Shown piece by piece: positions 60,701 through 64,000 of a stretch of DNA of 64,000 bases. Under the pieces are notes generated by a model. It had not been told where the DNA came from. It saw only the letters and a list, made by a program, of their open reading frames with translations, and did not search any database. Origin of the DNA: Macrostomum lignano (Eukaryota). The position numbers were made by a program, and so were the translations under genes. The stretch lies in NCBI GenBank assembly GCA_002269645.1, contig NIVC01000059.1:310001-374000 (forward strand). Direction: 5' to 3'. Positions within the stretch are counted from its first letter, which is position 1. Each line of letters opens with the position of its first letter.

Positions 60701-63700
60701 CTCTTTAATGTTAGACATGGTGTCTCTTTAATGTTTTACATAGTGGCTCTTTAATTTTCGAAATGTTGGCTGCTTCATGTTTGACATGGTGGCTCTTTAA
60801 TGTTCGACATGGTGGCTCTTTAATGTTCTTAATGGTGTCTGTTTTATGTTTGACATGGTGGCTCTCTAATGTTCGACATGGTGGCTCTCTAATGTTCGAC
60901 ATGGTGGCTCTTTAATGTTTGACATGGTAGTTCTTTTATGTTTGATATGGTGGCTCTTTTATGTTCGACATGGTGGCTCTTTAATGTTTGACATGGTGGC
61001 TCTTTTAGGTTTGAAATGGTGGCTCTTTAATGTTTGACATTGTGGCTTTTTAATGTTCGATATGGTGGCTCTTTAATGTTCGAAATAGTGTCTGTTTTAT
61101 GTTTGACACGGTGGCTCTTTAATGTTCGACATGGTGGCTCTTTAATGTTTTACATGGTGGCATTTTCATGTTTGACCTGGTGGCTCTTTAATGTTTGACA
61201 TGGTGGCTCTTTAATATTTGACATGGTGGCTCTTTTATGTTTGACATGGTGGCTCTTTTATCTTTGACATGGTGGCTCTTTAATGTTCGACATGGTGGCT
61301 CTTTAATGTTTGGCATGGTGGCTCTTTAATTTTCGAAATGTGGCTCTGTTTTATGTTTTACATGGTGGCTCTTTAATGTTCGACATAGTGGCTGTTTTAT
61401 GTTTGACATGGTGGCTCTTTAATGTTCGACATGGTGGCTCTTTAATGTTTTTAACGGTGTCTGTTTTATGTTTGACATGGTGGCTCTTTAATGTTCGACA
61501 TGGTGGCTCTTTAATGTTTGACATAGTGGCTCTTTAATTTCCGAAATGTTGGCTGTTTTATGTTTGACATGGTGGCTCTTTTATGTTTGACATGGTGGCT
61601 CTTTTAGGTTTGAAATGGTGGCTCTTTAATGTTTGACATTGTGGCTCTTTAATGTTTGACATTGTGGCTCTTTAATGTTCGACATGGTGGCTCTTTAATG
61701 TTCGACATGGTGGCTCTATTAGGTTTGAAATGGTGGCTCTTTAATGTTTGACATTGTGGCTCTTGTGTGTTTGACATAGCGCTTCTTTTATGTTTAGCAG
61801 TTTTTTGTTTTTAAGGTGTTTTAATAAAAAATCATTTTGCGCTACCAAGATTCGAACCCAGTTCGCTACATTAGCAGTCCAGTCTGTTCGTATCTTACTT
61901 TAATTTTTTTAATTTTATTGGCTCTTTAATTTTTGACATGGTGGCTCTTTAATTTTCGAAATGGTGGCTCTGTTTTATGTCTGACATGGTTGCTCTTTAA
62001 TGTTCGACATAGTGGCTGTTTTATGTTTGACATGGTGGCTCTTTAATGTTCGAAATAGTGGCTGTTTTATGTTTGACACGGTGGCTCTTTAATGTTCGAC
62101 ATGGTGGCTCTTTAATGTTTTACATGGTGGCACTTTCATGTTTGACCTGGTGGCTCTTTAATGTTTGACATGGTGGCTCTATAATATTTGACATGGTGGC
62201 TCTTTTATGTTTGACATGGTGGCTCTTTTATCTTTGACATGGTGGCTCTTTCATGTTCGACATGGTGGCTCTTTAATGTTAGACATGGTGTCTCTTTAAT
62301 GTTTTACATAGTGGCTCTTTAATTTTCGAAATGTTGGCTGCTTCATGTTTGACATGGTGGCTCTTTAATGTTCGACATGGTGGCTCTTTAATGTTCTTAA
62401 TGGTGTCTGTTTTATGTTTGACATGGTGGCTCTCTAATGTTCGACATGGTGGCTCTCTAATGTTCGACATGGTGGCTCTTTAATGTTTGACATGGTAGTT
62501 CTTTTATGTTTGATATGGTGGCTCTTTTATGTTTGACATTGTGGCTTTTTAATGTTCGATATGGTGGCTCTTTAATGTTCGAAATAGTGTCTGTTTTATG
62601 TTTGACACGGTGGCTCTTTAATGTTCGACATGGTGGCTCTTTAATGTTTTACATGGTGGCAATTTCATGTTTGACCTGGTGGCTCTTTAATGTTTGACAT
62701 GGTGGCTCTTTAATATTTGACATGGTGGCTCTTTTATGTTTGACATGGTGGCTCTTTTATCTTTGACATGGTGGCTCTTTAATGTTCGACATGGTGGCTC
62801 TTTAATGTTTGGCATGGTGGCTCTTTAATTTTCGAAATGTGGCTCTGTTTTATGTTTTACATGGTGGCTCTTTAATGTTCGACATAGTGGCTGTTTTATG
62901 TTTGACATGGTGGCTCTTTAATGTTCGACATGGTGGCTCTTTAATGTTTTTAACGGTGTCTGTTTTATGTTTGACATGGTGGCTCTTTAATGTTCGACAT
63001 GGTGGCTCTTTAATGTTTGACATAGTGGCTCTTTAATTTCCGAAATGTTGGCTGTTTTATGTTTGACATGGTGGCTCTTTTATGTTTGACATGGTGGCTC
63101 TTTTATCTTTGACATGGTGGCTCTTTAATGTTCGACATGGTGGCTCTTTAATGTTTGACATGGTGGCTCTTTAATTTTCGAAATGGTGGCTCTGTTTTAT
63201 GTTTGACATGGTGGCTCTTTAATGTTCGACATGGTGGCTCTTTAATGTTTGACATTGTGGCTCTTTAATGTTTGACATGGTGGCTTTTTAATGTTGGACA
63301 TGATGGCTCTTTAATGTTTGACATAGTGGCTCTTTAATTTTCGAAATGTTGGCTGTTTTATGTTTGACATGGTGGCTCTTTAATGTTCGACATGGTGGCT
63401 CTTTAATGTTCTTAATGGTGTCTGTTTTATGTTTGACATGGTGGCTCTTTAATGTTCGACATGTTGGCTCTTTAATGTTTGACATGGTAGTTCTTTTATG
63501 TTTGATATGGTGGCTTTTTCATGTTTGACATGGTGGCTCTTTAATGTTCGACATGGTGGCTCTTTTAGGTTTGAAATGGTGGCTCTTTAATGTTTGACAT
63601 TGTGGCTCTTTAATGTTTGACATTGTGGCTCTTTAATGTTCGACATGGTGGCTCTTTAATGTTCGACATGGTGGCTCTATTAGGTTTGAAATGGTGGCTC

Positions 63701-63745
63701 TTTAATGTTTGACATTGTGGCTCTTGTGTGTTTGACATAGCGCTT
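57735..63745. repeat. 23-bp satellite (ATGTTTGACATGGTGGCTCTTTA), ~6 kb, with higher-order block duplications
   Basis: Direct. Blocks 60353-61895 and 61921-63857 are tandem duplicates that include unique flank. Confidence 0.97.
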
Positions 63746-63798
63746 CTTTTATGTTTAGCAGTTTTTTGTTTTTAAGGTGTTTTAATAAAAAATCATTT

Positions 63799-63868
63799 TG
63801 CGCTACCAAGATTCGAACCCAGTTCGCTACATTAGCAGTCCAGTCTGTTCGTATCTAGGCTATCTTTT
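63799..63868 (-). other. Degenerate tRNA-derived sequence (tRNA pseudogene or SINE head); 5'-truncated second copy at 61838-61895
   Basis: A-box-like TAGCCTAG, anticodon-loop-like CTGCTAA, B-box GGTTCGAATC, and a T6 run just downstream. The acceptor stem does not pair. Confidence 0.5.
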
Positions 63869-64000
63869 TTTAATTGGAGCACATGAATTGTGGCCCTTAT
63901 AATTCAATTCGGTTAGAAAGTCGCAAGTCGGTTAGAGTAAAAATTTATGACATAATCAATTTCTCAGTCAGCCAATATCAGTCTTTATTGAAGTTAGCAA

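Overview
Repeat-rich invertebrate eukaryotic DNA. GC-rich exons, short GT-AG introns and introns packed with micro/minisatellites are consistent with a flatworm such as Macrostomum, but that is inference. Host genes reconstructed by hand: (1) a 302-aa tandem cyclic-nucleotide-binding protein resembling the PKG regulatory half, with no kinase domain; (2) a head-to-head inverted pair of 11-exon, ~1035-aa DEG/ENaC (FaNaC-like) channel genes whose ectodomain carries a kringle with a WSC domain nested inside it plus a second kringle; (3) a small GPI-anchored Ly6/three-finger protein; (4) a 12-exon semaphorin-5-like gene. The two channel arms are near-identical from the ATG to the last intron but have divergent promoters and last exons. 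A decayed Crypton-type tyrosine recombinase lies on the symmetry axis between them. Mobile elements: an intact maT (DD37D), a dead mariner (DD34D) in one arm only, hAT and Mutator-type non-autonomous elements, an RTE-like LINE, a Ginger-like remnant, and a Penelope 3' end with a hammerhead ribozyme. The window ends in a 6-kb 23-bp satellite with a duplicated tRNA-like flank. All calls are from reading the sequence; no searches were run.
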